Source: Rhizodiscina lignyota
Lineage: Eukaryota
Direction: 5' to 3'
DNA length: 64,000 bases
Assembly: GCA_010015805.1 (NCBI GenBank)
Contig: ML978134.1
Location: forward strand, 558,001 to 622,000
Part shown: positions 49,989 to 63,098 of the stretch, one piece after another
Layout of the letters: the number at the start of each line of letters is the position of its first letter
How positions within the stretch are numbered: position 1 is the stretch's first letter
The notes under the pieces: model-generated
What the model was told of the DNA's origin: nothing
The model's input: only the letters and a program-made list of their open reading frames with translations
Databases searched by the model: none
Made by a program: the position numbers and the translations under genes

Positions 49989-52304
49989 TGTCCATCCCAC
50001 CTTCCATTCGACTTCACTTCTCCTCCCCTGCGCAGAAGCTTAGAGCAGCGTCTGGCGCATGTTGGCGGCTTTTAGGCCGTATAAAGGCGTTCAATGGAAG
50101 ATTCTGGCATGCGTCTACGGAGGTTAGACGCGCCGCTAGGGAAACAGGTTCACACAGCGGTCACAATTATTCGGTGTTGACACGATAGCCAACGCAATAG
50201 ACGACTTTTACTTTGTCCAGCCCGTCATGGCTACGAACTGTATTACGTACAAGGGAACGGCGTTCCACGGCCATTACTTTCTCACTCCTGTTCTCGGCTG
50301 AGACAGCACTGGCTTGGATAGGGACAGACTTCGCCTTGAGCGCGAATCGAGCTGGGACAGCATATGGGACGGACATGGAGTGGTAATCTGATTTCTGTTC
50401 ACCTCGCAGCTCAACAGAGCTGCCATAGCTGGCAAGGACCAGCTTGCTGGAGGAGCTGAACAATAGCTTGTGCTCATCACTGCTTGAGCTTGATATACCA
50501 ATTGAGAATTTCAACTGCGAATTCTGTTACTGCTTCATCGCTGTGCCTCGCTCATACTCCATAATTCGAAATTCACTCCACTTTGTTCGTTTCGCCATGA
50601 CTCGAGACATGACGTCGCGCCAGCCACTGTCTTCAGGTGCCAGGCCCCAGAGATACGGAGGGCGCAGCTCCGCAGGGTGTTGAACACAACCTCTCTCAGG
50701 CCACCTAACATTCGGTCCCCGAATTGTGAGAGTTGCCACGGCGGTGTGTACCCCAACGACATGGCATGGTTCTGGGGACAATTGCAACCCTGCACAACCC
50801 TGCATGGGCATCACGAGTGAAAATGCGCATGAGGGCGATCGGGATCTCCAGCAGCAACATTCGGCACCGCACTGCGTCTGAAGGATTGCAGCTTCATGTT
50901 TCCTCATCCAGACGCCTTGCAATTGCTATTTACTGCTGTCTTCGCGCACATGCTTCCCATCCTACCTATCTCCAGGAGGATGTCGACGCTGAAAGCCATG
51001 GGAAAGTGTCTCATCCCGTCGCCATCCGAACAGCCCATCCCCAATCCACAGCCCAAGCCCGTCTGCCCAAGTCATGAAGCCTGCACTGGCCGCGCTCACG
51101 CTCGAGAGTAGACACGCGGGCCAATGCTGTGAGTTTGCTTCATCTGTTGGTGTCTTTCGTAATCGGCTCCGGAGACTTAAACCTTCTGAGCCAACCACGT
51201 CTCGCACTCTCATCGTGCATACGAATTGAGCGCGCCCCCAAAGACCCTGATGAGCAATGCGTTCCCGCCGCCCAAGCGACGCCTTTCTTTCCTTCTGCTG
51301 CTGCATGTCAGGTCCGTTCCGCGCGCGCACACGCGGTGACGCGAGTTAGTCGAGGGCAGCGAGGGTTGCGGGTGTGGAGAGCGCGCAGAAGGGTCTGGAA
51401 GCGCCGTTATGCAGGCCTGCATCCCCGTCGCGTGCTATTCAGGTAAGCTTCTCGAAAGCCTAAGGGTCTCGCGCGATGATGGGGTGATTGTGGAGTGCTC
51501 GCTGGCTTGGGACAAGGCACGGATGGAGGAAATTCCTAAAGAAACATCGCATCAGCGGCTGAGTAACCGGAAACGAGTACGGGGGAGAGGCGTCCTAGCC
51601 TGTACCGTCTCGAACCGTCTTGAACAGGAGTTGGGACGGGGCAATGGTTGCATTTGGACGGTGATAGTAGCCTTGTAGCCTTGTAGCAGCGGTTGCTGCA
51701 CAATTGCGGCTCCGATGGTGCAGGAATCTAAATATCCCCCTGTCTGTATGTCATCATTCAACAGCAGAGAATCACGGAACAGCCTTTCGTGCGACAATTT
51801 CCCAGAATTGGCACTGCGGAGAATTAATGAGCAGAGTACCTTGGAGGTCACGACATCTTCACTATCTTATCACCCGAATCGGGTTTAGCGTGTGAAGCTC
51901 CCTGGACGGCCCATACAAATCTCAAATACATGTAGCTCTCGATATTGCTCACTATTGTACTTCTCAGTTTCACAGACGCGACCATCGAGCTGTGTTTATC
52001 GACAATCGTGTAGCGCAGAAGGCGAAACAAGATTTGGAGGATGCTGTTTGTGACTCCCAGCCCCCGCAATGCCATGTTTCATGGATCTGCCCGCCTCCGC
52101 ATTTGCGTCGTCATATCTATTCGATGGTCAAACAGATGGCTAAGTAGTGATTCTTAGCTCTCTTCTAACCTCCTCGGTGTCAATTCAGCGCTGTACTCTA
52201 CGTTTGACTTTGTTTAGCACAGAGACTCGACCTTTTCACAGCTATTCGTCGATTGTGGTCAATCAAGCGCAAAATCCTCCTCTCATACAAGCTCTGTTCA
52301 CAAG

Positions 52305-53242
52305 ATGCGTCCACTTGACCTTCTCTTGCTCATTTTGAGCTCGAATGCACATGCTTGGGAGCTTGGAGAGAAGCGTCAAGCATCCTCGGTGTAAGCAGTG
52401 AGCTGCTTGAGCTCTAGACCAGTAAAAGCTAACCAAAATCTACAGCTCTGACGCACAATTCTCCTCCGCCGCCTCGCAACTGATATCCCTCTACATCCCC
52501 CCTTCCGCAGCCTCAGCAATTGTATCCGCCGCATCAGCAGCGTCGGTTTCGGGCGAGCCCGCAAGCGTCATCGAGTCCGCCCTCACAGGCACCGCCACCC
52601 CAACCTGGCTCACAGCAGTTCCGAGCGCATACCAATCAAACATCCAGAGCTTGGACTCTGCAATAAGCGAGCTTAGAGGCCAAGCGAGTGCGGGCAGCAT
52701 AAGCGGTGCACCATTCATGTTGTCAAGCATCAACGAGAGTGGTAAGACAGTGCTGACGACGGTGACACCACTGTCAACAGTACCCACACCGAGTGGGACT
52801 TCTGTAGAAGGAGGGACTTCGGGCAGTACGAGTGGGAGTGGGAGTGGTTCTGCGTCAGCTACGGGATCGGCAAGTGGCGCTTCGACGGTGAGTGGATCGA
52901 GCACTGCGGCCGCCGGTTCGACGAACGTGCCGTCCAGCACGACTACGACGACTGTCTCGACTAGCACTTCGGCCAGTGGCTCTGTATGCGTCTTTGGTAA
53001 CGTATATATGTATTGTGGAAGGCTGACGTATATATTAGGCATCATCGAGCGGCTCGTCTGTGACTTCCTCCCCCAGTTCGTCCACTGGAACCGTGTCGAC
53101 GATAACAGGGAGATTGTCTGCTACCACGGTATCCGAGCCAGCAAGTTCGAGCAGCAGTTCGACAGGAATGGCATGCGCCACAAACGTCCCTGGCATGGCC
53201 GTTGGTGTCTTGGGGATTCTTGGAGCTGTAGTCGCCCTCTAG
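52305..53242 (+). CDS. Ser/Thr-rich secreted, probably GPI-anchored cell-wall protein
   Basis: Signal-like MRPLDLLLLILSSNAHA; introns near 52391-52445 and 52984-53038; TPTWLTAVPSAYQS motif; S/T/G-rich stalk; hydrophobic end GMAVGVLGILGAVVAL. Confidence 0.75.
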
Positions 53243-54619
53243 GCGGAATATACCAAGAAAAGATTGACACCAGGCAAGTGATTGGACGAGCCTCTTGATC
53301 CCTGTGTGAAAGACTGGCAGTATCAATCCCACTCATTCGGTTATGACTAGCACAATACCCCTTTTTACGTTTCGGCTCCTTGTATGGCCATTTTCAGAAT
53401 GATATTACACATTGTACATATTTTGTGGCAGCAATCGCTCTCTGAGTCTTTGATACGATACAGAACCTAGTGTGAAAATCTTCGTTTCCAAGTAACTAGT
53501 TCCATGGTCCACACTCACTGACCATTACGTACTTTCGTGGACAGATGTTCGAACACGACCAATCTCCATATGCGTGGGACAGTCAACTGGGGGTGTGTGG
53601 CGTATCTGCATAACAGCTGTTACATAGCGATCGGTGTGACAGATGTAACGTCATACAGAAGTGGTCGCGTGAGCAATCTCCTGTTCCTAGCTGCAGACCT
53701 GCAGCGTGGGAGTGTGGGGAGCGGTGTGGGGGATGGGACGTAACGACAAAGAATAGGTATAAGACTTCAATACTAAATATGAAGGGCTGGAAAGCTTCTA
53801 TATACTCTTCATCGTGCTGGGAATCCATCTAGAAGAGTTCTGTTCCCCGAAGCGACTCCCTAGAACCATATACCAGACCTTAGAATTGTCGAGCACAAAC
53901 TATCAGCTTACTGTATCCGAGTTAGGTATCCGAGTTGGGTATTTTCATCCGTTTTGCTTGGGAGTACAGTCTCATCACAGGGAATGTCTCTCATCATAAT
54001 CACCAATACATGTCTAAACGGTAACTTCCAGCTCTTGAGACGCAATGTCGCTATTCAGTAACTTGCGTAAATATTTGGAGTAGTACTGGACCCTTAATTT
54101 GGACTGTCCGGAAGTCCCTTGGTCCCCCCTGCCGCAATAATGCGGCTCCTCCAAAGGCTAGCACGCTCGTCCACGGTGCGCTAGGACGAAGATCGTGATG
54201 CTACGAACTGAGGAGTATCGGGCCGATTGAGGAGACGTCGGAGTCAGCTATCGGGAAACAATGAGCTCGATACCATGAAAGAATTCAGGGAATTTCGAAT
54301 CTCCATGAAAAGGGTAAATGAAAAACTGGTATTGACTTGCGTGAATGAAATCCGAAGCTTAAACAGAAATCATTGTCGTAGACGATGTGATAAGATCGAC
54401 GTGAGAAACCCTGCATACATTTTTCTTAACCTTCTTTTAGCAAGGTACGGCTCTTCCATCCGAACTCACCCCTTCCTACGAATAAGGGCCGCCACTGAAG
54501 AGCCTATCAACTTACCCGTTTACTACCCCAGATTTTTGGATGGTAGAGCGGTGTGAAGACGAAGCTGCCGAGCTGACGTTCCCGGCTTCGTCATTGTCTT
54601 TGGAAACAGCCGGCCAACG

Positions 54620-54643
54620 AACGTGCAGCACTCGACCCACGTT
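54620..54643. promoter_or_regulatory. Pair of candidate Pho4/NUC-1-type CACGTT sites upstream of GDE1
   Basis: AACGTG at 54620-54625 and CACGTT at 54638-54643 in inverted orientation, about 260 bp upstream of the GDE1 ATG. Confidence 0.3.
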
Positions 54644-54897
54644 CCCGCATTTGGGCTTGCGCCCTCAAATATTTCTTCAGGAACAACGACCCTTCGAGAA
54701 CACAAAACAACACATGCAAATGGCGGCAAAGCAGGCCTCAATTCTGCTTCGATCCTCATTCTTCCGCCCGTCGCGTGTTCGCCTGCGGCCGCTGTGAGCG
54801 TGCTGTACTCGGCGCCCAAGTGGCGAGAGACGCAACCATCCTTATCGACCGATCACCTTGTCTTCTTGAATATCCTTGAGGAGGATTGTCCGACAAG

Positions 54898-57800
54898 ATG
54901 AAGTTCGGACACAATCTACCGCGTAATCAGGTACCCGAATGGGCAGCATCGTATATCAACTACAAGGGGCTCAAAAAATTGATCAAGGCCGCAGCGGAGT
55001 CTGTGAGAGAAGGAGAAGACCCGGATCTCGCAGGTATAGCAACCTCCAGCACGATGCCGAGCTGACACGCGAGCAATATCTGCTCTGGGCGTGTTGGACA
55101 TCTTCTCACTTCTGTCCAGAATTCTTCTTCACCCTCGACCGAAACCTTGAAGACGTCGATGGATTCTACAACAAGAAGTATGGTGATGCTTCTCGCAGAC
55201 TGCGGCTGCTCTACGATCGGTATGGCAAGGCCTTACCAGCGGATGGTATGGATCGGGACGAGGTGGAGGATCTCATGGGAGCTCTGCTTGAGCTTCGTGG
55301 ACAGCTGAGGAAGCTACAATGGTATGGGGAGGTGAACAGGAGGGGCTTCATCAAGATTACGAAGAAGCTGGACAAGAGAATTCCAGTTCAATCGAGCCAA
55401 CGGCAATACTTGGCGACCAAGGTGGACCCAAAGCCATTTGCTACCAATTTCAGATTGGCCCAGGACATGAGAGCAGTCAATGACTGGATGTCTGCTCTTG
55501 GAGAGGTCAAGACCTTTGACGATGTAGGATCGTCACGTTCTTCGGCTTCAATGAGGCATGTATCATCACGGGCGATCCTAAATTTACCCCCTGGCCTTTT
55601 AGATACTGTCGACCAGGCCATTCGGAATGACGATGCGGCTATAATCTCAGAAGTGCTACTTGAAGCAAATACGGACGAAGATTCGACCACTCCAGCTTTC
55701 CAGAAGTTGCTCCTGAATCTGCTACAGCGAGCTATATCTTGCAAGAGCAAGCTCTGCATTGAAACTCTTCTCAAACGAATTGTAAGCTTGGACGAGGAGG
55801 ATGATCTGAATAAGCGCAACTGCATCCACCGTCTTGTCATCTCAATTGGACGCACAAAGACTGCGGAACAACAGAGTCAGGAACCTTCACCAAGCAAGCC
55901 ATTCGACCCGCCAAACTTTATCACACCAGCAGAATCTCCAATGATGCTGCCACCTCCGTGGACGAGGCCGGAAGAAGAGGCAACCAATGTGCTTAGCAAA
56001 AAAGATGACTCTGTGAAGCTGTTGACGTTCCTCTTGGACAAACTTCAACCTTCACAGCGATCTGCACTCCAAGCTCGGGACTCGTACGGCCGGATACCCT
56101 TACATTATGCTGCCCATTACGGGTTTGTGTCCATTTGCGAAGAAGTTGTTAAGCATATGCAAGACTGGGGCCAATTTGATGTCAGCCACGGAATCGATTC
56201 TGCAGTATGGCAAGATAATGACGGCTTTGCACCACTGCATCTGAGTGTTGTCGGTGGCCACTATCTCACCACCAAAGCATTGCTCGAAGCTGAAAAGTGG
56301 CAAGGGCATGAACAGGCGAACCATGCCTTCAGGAGAAGTGAGGCAAAATCCGGCGCAGTCCTGGCAATAGCCACCAAATCGAACTACTATCCCATCGTTC
56401 AACTCCTCGTAGACGCTGGCGCTGACATAAATTACCAAGATGAACAAGGTGAGACGGCGCTGCATGTTGCTGCTCGCTTTGGACATGATAAATGCGCCGA
56501 AATTTTGATCCACGGCTCAGAAGAACAGAAGACAAACCTTGAGATTACCGAAAAGACCTTTGCATGGGCACCTTTGTTCATTGCTTGCGTAGACGGACAC
56601 CTTGGCGTGGTCAACTTGCTCATCGAAGCTGGCGCGGAATTGGGCAAGACGGATTCTTCTGGCTGGACACCAAGAGAACATGCTGCGCTCCGTGGCCACA
56701 TGGACATTGCCCGTCGCCTCACAGAAGTTCTCCCACCTCCACTACTCACAGCGCCAGATTCGTCTTCTGGCGTGTCAGGCTCGCCTCCCAACCCCCATTC
56801 TCTGGGGGAGCGGCGGTCTAACGTAAATATAAAGGAGAGCGGGAAAATGTCCCAGCCAGTCAAGACATTCGGACATCGCTATTTAAATAAGGAGAGTATG
56901 ATACTTCTCTCCCTCGGTACAATGGACATGCGAAAGAACGTGGATCCTGTCAAATTGGACGACATTCCTCTTGCGGACGCTCACGCCACTCAGCTGGATA
57001 CGGCGTTGTCTGTCGTCGTTTCTGCGAAAGGCGCCAATGGCGAATCAACCGTAATTGATCTCCCAGTGCAAGAAAACATCAGCACGGATCCTATCACGTT
57101 TACAGCAGAAGACCCTACCAAGGTGAAATTGCTCTTCGACATTGTTCCAACATATGCTGGCTCCAACGAACGGAGGGTCGGTCGTGGCGTTGCTTTACTT
57201 TCCAGCATCAAGCCGAGCATTGGTTCCAAGCGTATCACCCTCCAAAGCGATATCAGTGTCCCGATTGTTGCTGCCAATACCTTGGAGGTCATTGGATCGG
57301 TCAATTTCAACTTTCTCATCATCTCGCCTTTTTCTCACCCGAACATGTCAATTACTGAAGAGCGCACATACTGGAAGAGTATGGCATCGACAATGTTGAT
57401 TGGACACCGTGGCACTGGCAAGAACTTTCCGCCTGGCTCGTCCAAGTCCTTGCAACTGGGCGAAAACACCATCCAGTCGTTTATTACCGCAGCGAACCTG
57501 GGTGCATCCTACGTCGAGTTTGACGTACAGCTGACAAAAGACCTTGTCCCGGTCATCTACCACGACTTTCTTGTCAGCGAGACAGGAATTGATGCGCCTG
57601 TGCACACTTTGACTCTGGAGCAATTCCTTCATATTGGCGAGGGACAGACTCCACGTCCATCTAGACCTGGTTCCCCGATGACTTATCCAGAATCTGCAAC
57701 CTCCAAAGATTTGGCCAGTGGAAAGGACAGGGCTCGAAAGCCACGCTCCTACTCAATGACCTCGAACAAGGACGACCGCACTTCGGAGCTGGCAGAACGA

Positions 57801-58566
57801 ATGAAGCATACACGTGACTTCAAGAAGAAGGGTTTCAAGGGTAACGATGGCAACTTCATCCAGTCCCCATTCACAACCCTTGAGGAAATGTTCAAGAAGC
57901 TGCCAGAGTCGATCGGCTTCAACATCGAAATGAGTAAGCAGCCGATGTACTATGCTCAAGTGTACAAGGACTGACCTAGGTTTTATAGAGTATCCAATGC
58001 TTTTCGAGTCTGAAGATGAAGAGATGGATACTTATGCAGTCGAACTCAACTCGTTCGTCGATACAGTGCTGACGAAAGTCTACGACCTCGGCCGCAAGAG
58101 GAACATCATCTTCTCGTCATTCAACCCGGACATCTGTCTTCTTCTGTCCTTTAAGCAACCTTCTATCCCAATCCTGTTCCTTACAGATTCAGGCTGCTCC
58201 CCTATCGGTGACATCAGGGCCAGCAGCCTCCAGGAAGCAATTAGGTTTGCGAGCAAGTGGAATCTTCTTGGCATTGTGTCCGCCGCGGAACCACTAGTGA
58301 CATGTCCGAGACTCGTCAAGGTCGTGAAGGAGTCCGGCTTGGTGTGCGTCAGTTACGGCACGCTGAATAACGAGCCATACAATGTGAACGTGCAGGTCAA
58401 GGAGGGCATTGATGCTGTTATTGTGGACAGCGTGCTCAAGATCCGCAAAGGTCTCACGGAAGGAGATTCAAAGACTGCGCCAGGGCAAGCACAGACGCAA
58501 ATGAACGGAGCCACCAATGGCACTGTGAATGGGGCAAATGGGATACCTATTCCGACGAAGTCATGA
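54898..58566 (+). CDS. GDE1: Glycerophosphocholine phosphodiesterase (SPX-ankyrin-GDPD)
   Basis: MKFGHNLPRNQVPEWAASYINYKGLKKLIK (SPX), ankyrin repeats, then IGHRG, ENTIQSF, VEFDVQLTKD and FSSFNPDIC. Introns near 55.03-55.12 kb and 57.93-57.99 kb. Confidence 0.95.
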
Positions 58567-60037
58567 TCAAAACTGTCACGACATTCTCACCTCTGGCGCC
58601 TGGCTGGGGTTTCAGGCGTTTGTGGGCGGAAAAGTGCTTTTTAGGCGAATGAGCCTAAATAAAGCTCAAATAGACTTATCAAGAGCTGCTCGAGGAAGAC
58701 GATCTGGTAACAGATCTGCATTTCCCACCTAGCAGACTAGACAAAAACAATGTGACGACTGTACGATCATTCCCTGCTCATCGCAAATCTACATAATGTC
58801 CACTTGAAGAAGTCGTCAACCTGAAGGCTTTCAAACCCTCTCTCCGCTCCTGCAAGACAAAGGAACCCTCGATTCTCATTCGGCTCATCGTCGCCCCTCG
58901 CACCATGGATTTTAGCTTCAGACACTGTACGTGAAGGTTGGGATGGCGTCCTGCGAAAGCGGTCGGCTTGTAAATATTGTTGAAGATCTGGAATCAAAAA
59001 CTATTCATCGTGAAGATGCGAACGGGGCGATCGTGTGTCTTAGAGACGGTCGCAGTGCGTGTGGTAGCGACAGATATCGGGATGTGCCAGAAAGCAGAAT
59101 TTCTCAGACGGAGGAGGATCCCGAAGGACGCGATAGTAAGTCCCAAATGTAAACATAGTTGCCGAGATGATCATCCAGCAGCACCCTAGTCTCGCCCAGA
59201 GGAGCAACTGGACAAGTTGCTTGTGCCTGGCTCGCAATTCTTGCAACTCCTTGTCTTTGAGGGATTCAATGGAGTCCATGAGGCTGTGCGTTTGGAAGGC
59301 TGCCACAAGGGAGAAGGCTAGAACAGTGGATGGATGTAGGTGAGTAATATTTATTGTGGAAAAGAGTCCACGTGTGGTCGATTCAGATGTAGATTCGAAA
59401 GTCAAAGATTTAATGTCAGAGGACGTCTCGTAGATGGGGTTTTGTCTCATGCACGTCAAGACCTCCGGTCAGTTCTGCGGCACAGCACTCATCGGGCCCT
59501 ACACTGCCACAGGACAACAGTTATACAAGCCACCATTTCTAGTATGTCAACCGATCTGATATGGTCACTATATCCATCCTTAGGGCTCAAGATAATGCTT
59601 ATCGTAGTCACGTGGCCCATTCCATATCTAGTATGGTATTAAGATCAGAGAATGAGATAGTTGTCCTGCATTGATGCCAAGCGTAGTAGAACACGGAGGA
59701 CTATCTGCCGATTCAATTTGCAAGCAAATCAACTGTTTGCCAAATACGGTTTTTAGTCTTCTCATATATTGTGGTACGTAAGATACATAGCCCTTTGCTA
59801 TGTTGCGGCTCGCTCGTCTCCGCGCTCTGCCTCGGATCTGCAAAGATCATCATGCGGAGATCACCATCAGAGTAGCTGAGCGACATCAACCAGCTATGGG
59901 TGGATATACTACTCCGACAATAGAGTTGGGCTTTTTCTAAATAACCATTTTATGCTTGAACTCTTTCTCGCACAAACCGTTTCATCTGTATTTTCATTGA
60001 ACTCTCCGATTCTAGCACATTGATGTGAGACTCCGTC

Positions 60038-62729
60038 ATGGCGCCTCCCACTGAGCAGTCAATACCTGTCACCTATATCCGCGGCGGCACCTCCAACGCC
60101 CCATTCTTCTACGATCATGATTTACCTCCAGCAGGTCCTAAACGTGACCGCTTCTTGCAGCGGATCATGGGTTCTCCAGATCCGATGCAAATAGATGGCC
60201 TAGGTGGTACAAATATCGTGACATCCAAGATTGCCATTATCAGCAAATCAGACCGGCCGGGAGTGGATGTTGAGTACAACTTTGTGCAAGTTGGCATTGT
60301 CGACGACGTTGTCGCATACAACGCCAATTGCGGCAATATTTCATCTGGCGTGGGGCCCTTTGCGATCGACGAGGGCCTGCTCAAGGAGCAAAGAGAGGGT
60401 GTCAGAATTGACGAGAGCCTAGAAACGAAAGAGGTTAGAATTTGGAACACGAATACGCAGAAGCTGCTTGTTGAGCACGTTCCAATCAATCCTAAAACTG
60501 GTAAGGCGCTGGAGGCTGGAGACTTTGAGATTTCAGGGTGCCCTGGGACTGGAGCCCCAATTCTCTTGGACTATCGCAATGTTCGAGGACTCTACTCATT
60601 CTGCAAACATCACATGCTGATCCGAACAGGTCATTGGATCGCAGCTTGGTGGCTCTGCCCTCCCGACAGGAAATGCCACGGATCGCACAACCGTCGACGG
60701 GCTGGAAGTCGAGTACACCGTCTGCGATGTGGCTAATATCTGCGTCTTTGCTCGTGCTCAAGACTTGCAGATTCACGGTAATGAGGCATCGGCAGCACTC
60801 GATGAGAACAAGAAGCTCCTCGCCCGTATGAAGGAGCTCCGTGGCAAAGCTGCACAGAAGATTGGCATGTGCAAGGACTGGCGAGCGGTGGACGAGGAAT
60901 CGCCCATGGTTCCGTTTGTTGGACTAATCTCGCCTGCAACGAGGGAAGATTGCCATATACAGTCACGATTATTCCTGGATAACAAGTGCCATACTGCGAT
61001 GGCTGGCACAGGCGCAACTTGCACGGCTGCCGCCAGCAAGATACGAGGAAGCATCGTCAATCAAATTGCGAGACCGCAGTCCAAGAGTGAGACTGAGTTC
61101 AGGATCCAGCATCCATCTGGTTACATACCGGTTGTGGTCAAGGTGAAGCCCGGCACAGAAGACCAACCAATACCAGACTTCGATACATTGTCCTTTATTC
61201 GAACTTCGCGTCGATTCTGGGACGGCCACCTGTATATCCCAGATGACGTCAAGTATTGCTTTGAAGAAACGAATGGCGCCTCGAGCAATAGTGCTACTAA
61301 TGGCCATGTCAACGGCGAGGTCAATGGGCATACCAATGGCACGATTGCGAACGGGCATGCGCCAGAAGATACCATTCCATTGACCACCAAGACTCTTGCA
61401 GAGTTCGTTGCGAACCTCAAGTACTCCGATATCTCCGAGGATGCTCTTTCACATCTTCGCCTGCTCCTCCTTGACTATATCGGCGTCGCCTCCGCCGGTG
61501 CCACCCTCGCCGAATCTACCAAACCCTTCCTCCGCGCCGTCGGACGCCTCGACACCGCCGGAGGGACAGCGACCGTTTTCGCCAACGATCAGAAGTGGGA
61601 CCCACGATACGCAGCCCTCCTCAACGCTGCGCAGTCTCATAGTCTCGACTGCGACGACACGCATATTGCCGCGGTCCTACATCCAGGCGCGCCGATCTTC
61701 TCTACAGCCTTGGCCGAAGCCGAGACGTCCCCTCTCAAGCCCTCCGTCGAGGAGTTTTGGGTGGCAGTGGCATCAGGCTACGAAGTTGCCGTCCGCCTCG
61801 GCCTCGCTATCGGCTTCGGTGGTCATGAAAAGGGGTTCCATACCACAGCCACCGCCGGGCTTTATGGCGCTATATGCGCTCTTTGCGTTCTCCGCAAGCA
61901 CGATGTTCAAAAGGTGGAGGATGCGTTTGGATTGGCAGTCAGCATGTGTGGAGGCACTCAGCAGTTCATGCAGAACGGATCGTGGAACAAGCGACTCCAT
62001 CCCGGGTTTGCGGCGCAGAGCGCCTTCACAGCAGTCGCGATGGCGGAGGAGGGTGTGATTGGAGCGGCGGAACCATTGGAGGGGAGATATGGACTTCTCA
62101 CCTGCTTTGGCGATGGCAAGGGTCATTGGACTATGAAGCCTTTGAAACAGCATTGGGAGCTGCTAGGGACGGCAGTAAAACCTTGGCCGGCGTGCCGCTT
62201 TGCGCACGGTCAGATCGAGCTCGCCGGGGAGATGGGTGAGAAGAGCCAAGGGAAGCGAGTGAAGAGTCTGACAGTCAAAATGGGACCAAGTCCATACCAA
62301 ATCATAGGAGAGCCTGTAGAACACAAACTTCGGCCGAAGAACATTGTCGAGGCGCAGTTCAGCAGCTACTACCAAACAGCCGTTGCTTGGCTGCGAGGCT
62401 CAAAGCTGGGCTGGAAGGTCTACGACTTGGTTGGCGACTCTGACGTCTTGGAATTTATAACGAAAATTACCATTGACGTCGACAAGTCGTATGACTTTCT
62501 GGAGACGGCTATTGATGTTGAGTATGAGGATGGCTCGAAGGAGAATCGCTTCCTAAAGGCGCCGAAGGGAGAGCAGGTCAACCCCGTGACATGGGAAGGG
62601 GAAAAGGAGAAGTTCATGGGTTTCGCTGAAGCCGTTTACGGAGAAAATAGGTGTAAGGAGATATGCGATGTAGTAGGCAAGTTGGAGCAGCATGGGATCA
62701 GCGAGCTCATGTCGCTGGTAAGAAAGTGA
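60038..62729 (+). CDS. PrpF (DUF453/aconitate isomerase-like) and MmgE/PrpD family fusion protein
   Basis: RGGTS, GSPDPMQIDGLGG..TSK and NCGNISSGVGPFA; intron 60581-60629 restores LPTGN; NG-rich linker; then LLDYIG, HSLDCDDTH..HPG, KRLHPG and KPWPACRFAH. Confidence 0.85.
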
Positions 62730-63098
62730 AAAAGCGCAGACATTGGAAAGAGAAGAGATGTCATCGTCTTTATTGGCGTAACTGGCTCCGTGGAATTTCA
62801 AAATTCGTCGATCTCGCGAGGTATCACCACACCAGACTGCTTACCCGCCTGTCCCGGCCCTGTTGAGGACCGGGCATGACGAAGGATCCTGGATACATTC
62901 GGAAGATATGCGTGGGCCTCAACTGCCCCGACGATCAGAATATTTATGGGCGCAGGAACTTGAGGGGATCGAATTGCCAGAGGGACATTTGATCAGCATC
63001 TCAACGATTAGTGAACCTTGCATTCCTAGCCGACGTCGCGATCTATTTGGTCGGGAGGGCGTTAGGTAGTTGGCATTCTGCCGCTGGTTCTAGGGAAA

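Noticed and set aside
59040..59459. 139-aa minus-strand ORF between GDE1 and the PrpF fusion
   Set aside because: No recognisable domain or supporting splice structure.
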